From assembly GCA_040285855.1 (NCBI GenBank), contig JAUFOQ010000018.1, positions 186,001 through 250,000 of the forward strand: a stretch of DNA of 64,000 nt, in the 5' to 3' direction. Shown here in pieces: positions 35,428 to 45,700 of the stretch. The translations under genes were made by a program, and so were the position numbers. Position 1 is the stretch's first letter; each line of letters begins with the position of its first letter. The notes under the pieces are model-generated. The model was not told the DNA's origin. It saw only the letters and a program-made list of their open reading frames with translations, and made no database searches. Origin of the DNA: Eukaryota sp. GEM-RC1. Its lineage: Eukaryota.

Positions 35428-37177
35428 CAGTCAACTACCGAATAGAGCCCCTACCGAATAGAGCCCCAATTGACAGGGGCTCTAAATTTGAAGCCCTACC
35501 GAATAGAGCCCGTTTCTGAAAATAACTTATTATTTGACATATTCATATAAAACATCAAATATAATCAGTATTTACTATTTTTTATTATCTGACTATTAAT
35601 GAGCATAAAGTCAAAAAACTCCTCCCCTGTATTAACTATGGCTCCTAGATCTCATCGTAACCAATTGGGTTTACCAATCCCTCTACAACCTCGCCCCCAA
35701 TTAAACCGTACTCGAGCTCAAATCACCATCGGCTTTGAACAAAAAATCATCACCGAAATGGAAACGAAAGGCAAAGCTGCTGTTCTTTCTCAGTACCGGA
35801 ATCTGAATCACCGCCAGTTGGAAGACTGGCAGGCTGATAAGATTAATATCATGAGGTCAGACCCTTCTTCCTTTCGGGTATCTGGTGCAGGACGTAAGCC
35901 TTTGAGCACTGACCTTGAGGAATCCTTGTGCGATGAGATATTGGACAAACGATCCCGTTTAGAACAAGTTACGGTGAATTGGGTAAAAGCCAGAGCTCTT
36001 ACATTGGCAGCACTGAACAATGTCAATCTTCAAGCCTCGGACATGTGGGTTAGAGGTTTTTTTAAAAGAAAAAACATGTCCTTGAGAGCTGCCAATCTTG
36101 CATCCATAACACAGGAAGCTGCTGCAGAGAAGGCGACGAGTTTTCTTCATATGTTACAGGATTTGATGGGTGAATTCAAGATAAACGAGGACAAAATCTG
36201 GAATTTTGATGAAACTGCTCTTTTGTTGATCCAGGACAAACAAGAACAATCGACTTTATTGGAAACAAAACGGTTTTGATTAAGTCAGAGAAGCTTGAAA
36301 AGTTTAGACTGACACGTGTGGTGTTGGCATCAGCAGCAGGAGTGAAGAAACCCGCAACACTCATTGCAGGAGGTGGGAGTTCAGTACACGGTCACTTTGA
36401 CATCAATTCATTGATCTTAACTGAAAAAAACAGTCGGATGAATGCCGAAATGATGAAAGTCTTCTTGGATCTCCAATTTCCCCCTTTACTTTACCCTGAT
36501 ACTTTAAAAGAACCTCTCCTTCTAGTGTTCGATAGTGCCAGGTCACACTTAGCTGCTTCTGTTAAGTCTTACTTGAAAGATCGCAATATCCTTTTTCTTG
36601 TTATACCTGGTGGAATGACTCCACTTCTACAACCTGCAGATGTTTGTTGGTTTCGACCTCTTAAGCGAGTGATGGCAGCTGAAGTTAGGCAGTGGTTGGA
36701 TTCAAATCCACCAAGAACTAGGTCAGGTAACATACGTTCCCCTGATGTTGCAACGATGGCATCATGGTTAAGTAAAGCCCAGCAATCTCTCACACCAGCA
36801 TCAATTTCGCACTCTTTTCAAAGTTGCTTTTTGGGTCCTTTGAACCAGCTCCATATTGCCCAAAAATTCTGTATATGGTCCTGCTTTTCAACGTCTGAAT
36901 TTCGGTAGAGAAGGTGTTGCAGAGCATCCTGAAGTTGAGGTATTACATCCCTTGGAATTGATTGAGGAAGATATTGTTGCATATTATTAGTAGAACAGTT
37001 ATTTATAAAGAAAATTAGAAAATATTAATTCTTTTCTGTACATATTTTCATAGAAAAAACTACCAAATAGAGCCCTATGCGGAAGGGGCTCTAAATTAGA
37101 GCACTACTGAATAGAGCCCCTAAATAATTTTTCGGGGCTCTAAATTAGAAACCCGGGCTCTATTCGGTAGTTGACTG
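35428..37177 (+). mobile_element. pogo/Tigger-like (Tc1/mariner superfamily) DNA transposon, full length (1,750 bp)
   Basis: 23-bp perfect TIR CAGTCAACTACCGAATAGAGCCC. TA on both sides (35426-27, 37178-79). Subterminal AATAGAGCCC and GGGCTCTAAATT repeats. Confidence 0.95.
35638..36990 (+). CDS. pogo-like transposase (CENP-B-type HTH + DDE_1); two single-base frameshifts (~36225, ~36865)
   Basis: GAGRKP, ASDMWVRGFFKR, and catalytic WNFDET, VFDSARSH and LQPADV. Confidence 0.85.
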
Positions 37178-37299
37178 TATATATTTCTGACAAAATATTG
37201 CAATATTGAAAAATACAAACATAACGGAACTTATTTACAACAAAAGTGTTCTCTAAGAGTTTGAAATCATGCATATAAAACAATCTTTTATCTCTTAAA

Positions 37300-37720
37300 G
37301 ATACATGAAAACTAAAGACGTTAACAAAATTAACAATACTATTCCATGACAAAATCTTGAACCTCAAAGCGTTTCTTCAAAATTGCGTCAAAATACTAAA
37401 ACATTGAACGAAATTTAGAAAAAACGAGACGATCCCTCCAAAAATAACTTTACTTATACGCAACACAATTGAGTATAAGGTGACAAAAACGTTTGAGCTG
37501 CAGAACCTAGATTTTCTTTACTTTGGTTGAAACACCAAAGCAGTATATCTTCGTGAATTCAATTTAGAAATATAATCACAATGACGAAGGCATTTCTTGT
37601 CTTCAGCAATATCCAAAGATGAAAATTGAGCATCCAATATTTTGCTACTAGCAGTATCAATCCATGGATCCACAGTGGTGAAAACCAAAACAACTTCCTG
37701 CGAATTGTTTGATTATTCCA
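37300..37720 (-). mobile_element. Degenerate RLE non-LTR remnant
   Basis: SQEVVLVFTTVDPWIDTASSKILDAQFSSLDIAEDKK aligns with CQEIFMDFTTVDPCNSRSISKIFDDDFSALEVAAKAK at ~25095-25205. WRDRLVF follows downstream. Confidence 0.75.
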
Positions 37721-37841
37721 GAAGGCACGTTTGTATAGCAAGAACTATTGTTTTCCATAATAAAATTATCTGGAGCATGTCCATGACAACCTATAGTGAG
37801 TTTTATGCGACTGAATAGTCAATACACTTCATCCAAGGATG

Positions 37842-37886
37842 TGTCAGCCACAGTGTTACAAGATCATATTATTATATTTATAAACA
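37842..37886 (+). repeat. Left-most LTR-like terminus (45 bp, TGTC...AACA)
   Basis: Similarity to the array begins exactly at this TGT, the position that follows the PPT in internal junctions. Confidence 0.65.
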
Positions 37887-37936
37887 TCTTTTCCCTACCC
37901 TTTGTAGCCAAACGGTATCAATAAATATAGTCCAAG

Positions 37937-38632
37937 ATGGTGAAGAAAAGGACTACTAACCCCCCAAAACCGGGAAACAAAACTAATCGAAGAAACAAAC
38001 CTTTGACAAGATCTAAGTCTAGCTCCAAAATGTCTTCCCGTCGAAAGGAGCCATTGGTTCCTGAGACAGAAGAGTCAGTTGACTCGTCGGACTTTGAAAG
38101 TGACCCATCTGAGGATGGATGCCTGTCTGAGGACGGATGCCTATCTGAGGATAGAAGCCCCACTTCCCACAAGTAGGTGACGGAAATCTCACCTGAGGTT
38201 GGTGAATCTACTTCTCGTAGAGTTGTAGATGTTCAACCTGAAGGTGGATGCCCATCTGAGGATGGAAGGACTTCGTCTTCCCGCAAGGATGGCGAAGTGG
38301 GTTTGGATACTCTTTTCTGTAATTTCAGACCGTATCCCAAGCTTGTTAGAGAAGTATAGAGTAAGCGATGCTGACAGTAGCAGTACTCCGCATTCCGAGA
38401 GTCATGATGTTGTTGTAACAGCGTCTCCTCTCCCCATTCTTCCTCGTAGAAATAGTTTTAATAAAGAAAGCATTCCCGATGTTGTTCCAGTTCCTCAAAA
38501 GAGGTCAACTGAAGTGGTTGAAGAGATTCGCAAGTTACAGGAATCTTTCGCCAAACAGCAGTCTAGAAGACTCGAAGCAGAACAGAAGCTTTTATTTGAA
38601 AAGGAACTTCTAGCTCGTAAGATGAGTCTCTC
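37937..38632 (+). pseudogene. Unit 1 5' ORF remnant (gag-like N-terminus: basic, S/E/D-rich, short coiled coil); repeated in every unit
   Basis: MVKKRTT... with 18-bp SEDGCL repeats, an in-frame TAG at 38174-38176, a later frameshift, then EEIRKLQES...LARKMSLS. The gag identity is inferred from position only. Confidence 0.5.
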
Positions 38633-38664
38633 TTCTAGAAGATCGAGGCAACAAAGTTGTCTTG

Positions 38665-39691
38665 TGTGGGATGTGATTGCTATCTTTGGAATACCGTTTT
38701 GTATCCATAGTGATAATGGTACGGAGTTTGCCAATGCTATTTTCGAGGCAATATGTAACCTACTGGCGATTGAAGTAAGTCGTTCGATTCCTCATTTCTC
38801 CCAGAGTAATGGACTGGTGGAACGACGTCACAGAGACGTTCTGCAAAGCCTACGTCGTCTTCTTGTGGACTTCAATGATTATGACAATTGGTCAACGTAC
38901 ATTCCAACTGTACAGTTGCAGATCAACGCAACAAAGAGTTCAATAACTGGACATACTCCTTACGAACTGATGTTTGGTTGTGACATAAGTCCTGGTGCAG
39001 ATCCTAGTAGTTTACTAGATGCTGTTGAGAAATCAACAAAGAATGTTCCGTTTATTGACGACATTAAAACGAAACTAGAACGTTTAACGAAACAAAGAGA
39101 AGAGGCAGAGGATCGTCAATCAGTACTCAAGCCTAAGAAGAAGTCTAACACTAGTCAATCATTTAAGATTGGAGATCTTGTGTTAAAGGTCGTCAAAACT
39201 AGTAAGCTCCATGGAAACTACACTGGACCTTTTCTAGTTGTCTCAGTTGATTCAAAATCTTTGTTTCATTAAAAAATCTGATCACTATATATGTTAGTAA
39301 GACTAGCATTCATCAATGTAAGATCTTTCAATCAGATTTACCTGCTGATTATGATCTCCACAGAGCAATTGCTTCTGGGAATTCTGAAGAACACATCGTG
39401 GTTAAGATGCTAGATAGGTTTGATACACCCGATGGTGAACTCTGCACTGTACTTTGGTTTGGCGGTGATACTACATCAGTTCCCATCAAGGACATCAAGA
39501 ACACCAAAGCGTATAGTGACTTTGTAAAATTAGACAATTTAGATTTATTTCGTAACAATAGAAACAGGTCTAGTAATAACAATACTAAGCATAAACCCAC
39601 CTCCAGAAGTAAGAGTACTCCAAAGACGTCTTCCAAAGTTAAGGCACCTGTAGCAAAGAGAACTAGGAGCTCGAAAGGAGAGAAGAAGTAA
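38665..39691 (+). pseudogene. Unit 1 N-terminally truncated Gypsy-like integrase with GPF motif and chromodomain-like tail; repeated in every unit
   Basis: FGIP..IHSDNGTEF...SNGLVERRHR with exact D-35-E spacing, TGHTPYELMFG, FKIGDLVL...KLHGNYTGPFLV, a frameshift near 39270, then EEHIVVKMLD...CTVLWFGGDTTSVP. The HHCC finger and first catalytic Asp are absent. Confidence 0.9.
39673..39688 (+). other. Polypurine tract (representative; present at the end of every complete unit)
   Basis: 16 consecutive purines, GAAAGGAGAGAAGAAG, 3 nt before the TGT that starts the LTR-like sequence. Confidence 0.8.
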
Positions 39692-39748
39692 TGTTAGCCA
39701 CAGGTGTTAGTGAAGTGTTACAAGATCATATGATTTTATTTATAAACA
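39692..39748 (+). repeat. Shared internal mini-LTR (representative, 57 bp TGTT...AACA; may extend to the CA at 39771)
   Basis: Follows the PPT, has TGTT/AACA inverted ends, and occurs once between consecutive units. Confidence 0.6.
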
Positions 39749-42700
39749 TCATTTCCCTACCCTTGTAGCCAAACGGTATCAATAATTATTGTCCAAGATG
39801 GTGAAGAAAAGGACTACTAACCCCCCAAAAGCGGGAAACAAAACTAATCGAAGAAACAAACCTTTGACAAGATCTAAGTCTAGCTCCAAAATGTCTTCCC
39901 GTCGAAAGGAGCCATTGGTTCCTGAGACAGAAGAGTCAGTTGACTCGTCGGACTTTGAAAGTGACCCATCTGAGGATGGATGCCTGTCTGAGGACGGATG
40001 CCTATCTGAGGATAGAAGCCCCACTTCCCACAAGTAGGTGACGGAAATCTCACCTGAGGTTGGTGAATCTACTTCTCGTAGAGTTGTAGATGTTCAACCT
40101 GAAGGTGGATGCCCATCTGAGGATGGAAGGACTTCGTCTTCCCGCAAGGATGGCGAAGTGGGTTTGGATACTCATTTCTGTAATTTCAGACCGTATCTCA
40201 AGCTTGTTAGAGAAGTATAGAGTAAGCGATGCTGACAGTAGCAGTACTCCGCGTTCCGAAAGTCATGATGTTGTTGTAACAGCGTCTCCTCTCCCTATTC
40301 TTCCCTCGTAGAAATAGTTTTAATAAAGAAAGCATTCCTGATGTTGTTCCAGTTCCTCAAAAGAGGTCAACTGAAGTGGTTGAAGAGATTCGCAAGTTAC
40401 AGGAATCTCTCGCCAAAGAGCAGTCTAGAAGACTCGAAGCAGAACAGAAGCTTCTTGTTGAAAAGGAACTTCTAGCTCGTAAGATGAGTCTCTCTTCTAG
40501 AAGATCGAGGCAACAAAGTTGTCTTGTGTGGGATGTGATTGCTATCTTTGGAATACCGTTTTGTATCCATAGTGATAATGGTACGGAGTTTGCCAATGCT
40601 ATTTTCGAGGCAATATGTAACCTACTGGCGATTGAAGTAAGTCGTTCGATTCCTCATTTCTCCCAGAGTAATGGACTGGTGGAACGACGTCACAGAGACG
40701 TTCTGCAAAGCCTACGTCGTCTTCTTGTGGACTTCAATGATTATGACAATTGGTCAACGTACATTCCAACTGTACAGTTGCAGATCAACGCAACAAAGAG
40801 TTCAATAACTGGACATACTCCTTACGAACTGATGTTTGGTTGTGACATAAGTCCTGGTGCAGATCCTAGTAGTTTACTAGATGCTGTTGAGAAATCAACA
40901 AAGAATGTTCCGTTTATTGACGACATTAAAACGAAACTAGAACGTTTAACGAAACAAAGAGAAGAGGCAGAGGATCGTCAATCAGTACTCAAGCCTAAGA
41001 AGAAGTCTAACACTAGTCAATCATTTAAGATTGGAGATCTTGTGTTAAAGGTCGTCAAAACTAGTAAGCTCCATGGAAACTACACTGGACCTTTTCTAGT
41101 TGTCTCAGTTGATTCAAAATCTTTGTTTCATTAAAAAATCTGATCACTATATATGTTAGTAAGACTAGCATTCATCAATGTAAGATCTTTCAATCAGATT
41201 TACCTGCTGATTATGATCTCCACAGAGCAATTGCTTCTGGGAATTCTGAAGAACACATCGTGGTTAAGATGCTAGATAGGTTTGATACACCCGATGGTGA
41301 ACTCTGCACTGTACTTTGGTTTGGCGGTGATACTACATCAGTTCCCATCAAGGACATCAAGAACACCAAAGCGTATAGTGACTTTGTAAAATTAGACAAT
41401 TTAGATTTATTTCGTAACAATAGAAACAGGTCTAGTAATAACAATACTAAGCATAAACCCACCTCCAGAAGTAAGAGTACTCCAAAGACGTCTTCCAAAG
41501 TTAAGGCACCTGTAGCAAAGAGAACTAGGAGCTCGAAAGGAGAGAAGAAGTAATGTTAGCCACAGGTGTTAGTGAAGTGTTACAAGATCATATGATTTTA
41601 TTTATAAACATCATTTCCCTACCCTTGTAGCCAAACGGTATCAATAATTATTGTCCAAGATGGTGAAGAAAAGGACTACTAACCCCCCAAAAGCGGGAAA
41701 CAAAACTAATCGAAGAAACAAACCTTTGACAAGATCTAAGTCTAGCTCCAAAATGTCTTCCCGTCGAAAGGAGCCATTGGTTCCTGAGACAGAAGAGTCA
41801 GTTGACTCGTCGGACTTTGAAAGTGACCCATCTGAGGATGGATGCCTGTCTGAGGACGGATGCCTATCTGAGGATAGAAGCCCCACTTCCCACAAGTAGG
41901 TGACGGAAATCTCACCTGAGGTTGGTGAATCTACTTCTCGTAGAGTTGTAGATGTTCAACCTGAAGGTGGATGCCCATCTGAGGATGGAAGGACTTCGTC
42001 TTCCCGCAAGGATGGCGAAGTGGGTTTGGATACTCATTTCTGTAATTTCAGACCGTATCTCAAGCTTGTTAGAGAAGTATAGAGTAAGCGATGCTGACAG
42101 TAGCAGTACTCCGCGTTCCGAAAGTTATGATGTTGTTGTAACAGCGTCTCCTCTCCCTATTCTTCCTCGTAGAAATAGTTTTAATAAAGAAAGCATTCCT
42201 GATGTTGTTCCAGTTCCTCAAAAGAGGTCAACTGAAGTGGTTGAAGAGATTCGCAAGTTACAGGAATCTCTCGCCAAAGAGCAGTCTAGAAGACTCGAAG
42301 CAGAACAGAAGCTTCTTGTTGAAAAGGAACTTCTAGCTCGTAAGATGAGTCTCTCTCCAGAAGATCGAGGCAACAAAGTCGTCTTGTGTGGGATGTGATT
42401 GCTATCTTTGGAATACCGTTTTGTATCCATAGTGATAATGGTACGGAGTTTGCCAATGCTATTTTCGAGGCAATATGTAACCTACTGGCGATTGAAGTAG
42501 GTCGTTCGATTCCTCATTTCTCCCAGAGTAATGGACTGCTGGAACGACGTCACAGAGACGTTCTGCAAAGCCTACGTCGTCTTCTTGTGGACTTCAATGA
42601 TTATGACAATTGGTCAACGTACATTCCAACTGTACAGTTGCAACAGGTCAACGCAACAAAGAGTTCAATAACTGGACATACTCCTTACGAACTGATGTTT

Positions 42701-45700
42701 GGTTGTGACATAAGTCCTGGTGCAGATCCTAGTAGTTTACTAGATGCTGTTGAGAAATCAACAAAGAATGTTCCGTTTATTGACGACATTAAAACGAAAC
42801 TAGAACGTTTAACGAAACAAAGAGAAGAGGCAGAGGATCGTCAATCAGTACTCAAGCCTAAGAAGAAGTCTAACACTAGTCAATCATTTAAGATTGGAGA
42901 TCTTGTGTTAAAGGTCGTCAAAACTAGTAAGCTCCATGGAAACTACACTGGACCTTTTCTAGTTGTCTCAGTTGATTCAAAATCTTTGTTTCATTAAAAA
43001 TCTGATCACTATATATGTTAGTAAGACTAGCATTCATCAATGTAAGATCTTTCAATCAGATCTACCTGCTGATCATGATCTCCACAGAGCAATTGCTTCT
43101 GGGAATTCTGAAGAACACATCGTGGTTAAGATGCTAGATAGGTTTGATACACCCGATGGTGAACTCTGCACTGTACTTTGGTTTGGTGGTGATACTACAT
43201 CAGTTCCCATCAAGGACATCAAGAACACCAAAGCGTATAGTGACTTTGTAAAATTAGACAATTTAGATTTATTTCGTAACAATAGAAACAGGTCTAGTAA
43301 TAACAATACTAAGCATAAACCCACCTCCAGAAGTAAGAGTACTCCAAAGACGTCTTCCAAAGTTAAGACACCTGTAGCAAAGAGAACTAGGAGCTCGAAA
43401 GGAGAGAAGAAGTAATGTTAGCCACAGGTGTTAGTGAAGTGTTACAAGATCATATGATTTTATTTATAAACATCTTTTCCCTACCCTTTGTAGCCAAACG
43501 GTATCAATAAATATAGTCCAAGATGGTGAAGAAAAGGACTACTAACCCCCCAAAAGCGGGAAACAAAACTAATCGAAGAAACAACCCTTTGACAAGATCT
43601 AAGTCTAGCTCCAAAATGTCTTCCCGTCGAAAGAAGCCATTGGTTCCTGAGACAGAAGAGTCAGTTGACTCGTCGGACTTTGAAAGTGACCCATCTGAGG
43701 ATGGATGCCTGTCTGAGGACGGATGCCTATCTGAGGATAGAAGCCCCACTTCCCACAAGTAGGTGACGGAAATCTCACCTGAGGTTGGTGAATCTACTTC
43801 TCGTAGAGTTGTAGATGTTCAACCTGAAGGTGGATGCCCATCTGAGGATGGAAGGACTTCGTCTTCCCGCAAGGATGGCGAAGTGGGTTTGGATACTCAT
43901 TTCTGTAATTTCAGACCGTATCCCAAGCTTGTTAGAGAAGTATAGAGTAAGCGATGCTGACAGTAGCAGTACTCCGCATTCCGAGAGTCATGATGTTGTT
44001 GTAACAGCGTCTCCTCTCCCCATTCTTCCTCGTAGAAATAGTTTTAATAAAGAAAGCATTCCCGATGTTGTTCCAGTTCCTCAAAAGAGGTCAACTGAAG
44101 TGGTTGAAGAGATTCGCAAGTTACAGGAATCTTTCGCCAAACAGCAGTCTAGAAGACTCGAAGCAGAACAGAAGCTTCTTGTTGAAAAGGAACTTCTAGC
44201 TCGTAAGATGAGTCTCTCTCCAGAAGATCGAGGCAACAAAGTCGTCTTATGTGGGATGTGATTGCTATCTTTGGAATACCGTTTTGTATCCATAGTGATA
44301 ATGGTACGGAGTTTGCCAATGCTATTTTCGAGGCAATATGTAACCTACTGGCGATTGAAGTAAGTCGTTCGATTCCTCATTTCTCCCAGAGTAATGGACT
44401 GGTGGAACGACGTCACAGAGACGTTCTGCAAAGCCTACGTCGTCTTCTTGTGGACTTCAATGATTATGACAATTGGTCAACGTACATTCCAACTGTACAG
44501 TTGCAGATCAACGCAACAAAGAGTTCAATAACTGGACATACTCCTTACGAACTGATGTTTGGTTGTGACATAAGTCCTGGTGCAGATCCTAGTAGTTTAC
44601 TAGATGCTGTTGAGAAATCAACAAAGAATGTTCCGTTTATTGACGACATTAAAACGAAACTAGAACGTTTAACGAAACAAAGAGAAGAGGCAGAGGATCG
44701 TCAATCAGTACTCAAGCCTAAGAAGAAGTCTAACACTAGTCAATCATTTAAGATTGGAGATCTTGTGTTAAAGGTCGTCAAAACTAGTAAGCTCCATGGA
44801 AACTACACTGGACCTTTTCTAGTTGTCTCAGTTGATTCAAAATCTTTGTTTCATTAAAAAATCTGATCACTATATATGTTAGTAAGACTAGCATTCATCA
44901 ATGTAAGATCTTTCAATCAGATTTACCTGCTGATTATGATCTCCACAGAGCAATTGCTTCTGGGAATTCTGAAGAACACATCGTGGTTAAGATGCTAGAT
45001 AGGTTTGATACACCCGATGGTGAACTCTGCACTGTACTTTGGTTTGGCGGTGATACTACATCAGTTCCCATCAAGGACATCAAGAACACCAAAGCGTATA
45101 GTGACTTTGTAAAATTAGACAATTTAGATTTATTTCGTAACAATAGAAACAGGTCTAGTAATAACAATACTAAGCATAAACCCACCTCCAGAAGTAAGAG
45201 TACTCCAAAGACGTCTTCCAAAGTTAAGGCACCTGTAGCAAAGAGAACTAGGAGCTCGAAAGGAGAGAAGAAGTAATGTTAGCCACAGGTGTTAGTGAAG
45301 TGTTACAAGATCATATGATTTTATTTATAAACATCTTTTCCCTACCCTTTGTAGCCAAACGGTATCAATAATTATTGTCCAAGATGGTGAAGAAAAGGAC
45401 TACTAACCCCCCAAAAGCGGGAAACAAAACTAATCGAAGAAACAAACCTTTGACAAGATCTAAGTCTAGCTCCAAAATGTCTTCCCGTCGAAAGGAGCCA
45501 TTGGTTCCTGAAACAGAAGAGTCAGTTGACTCGTCGGACTTTGAAAGTGACCCATCTGAGGATGGATGCCTGTCTGAGGACGGATGCCTATCTGAGGATA
45601 GAAGCCCCACTTCCCACAAGTAGGTGACGGAAATCTCACCTGAGGTTGGTGAATCTACTTCTCGTAGAGTTGTAGATGTTCAACCTGAAGGTGGATGCCC

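Noticed and set aside
1..37841. tRNA, rRNA or snRNA genes
   Set aside because: None was recognised by eye. A tRNAscan-SE or Infernal search would be needed to exclude them.
38616..38640. Possible micro-intron GTAAGATGAGTCTCTCT(T)C(T/C)AG at the deletion junction
   Set aside because: It is only 21-24 nt, lacks the CTAA branch motif seen in the two supported introns, and its length differs among alleles. It is unsupported without RNA data.
39349..39636. Recurring antisense ORFs in each unit (MEDVFG..., MWEVGL..., MDTKRY...)
   Set aside because: These are shadows of the plus-strand ORFs. They recur only because the unit is repeated and carry no recognisable motifs.
39692..39800. Ginger-type DNA transposon interpretation of the unit
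   Set aside because: There are no long terminal inverted repeats and no ACA-TGT tail-to-head junction. A PPT directly before the TGT fits an LTR element better, though an integrase phylogeny is needed to exclude Ginger.
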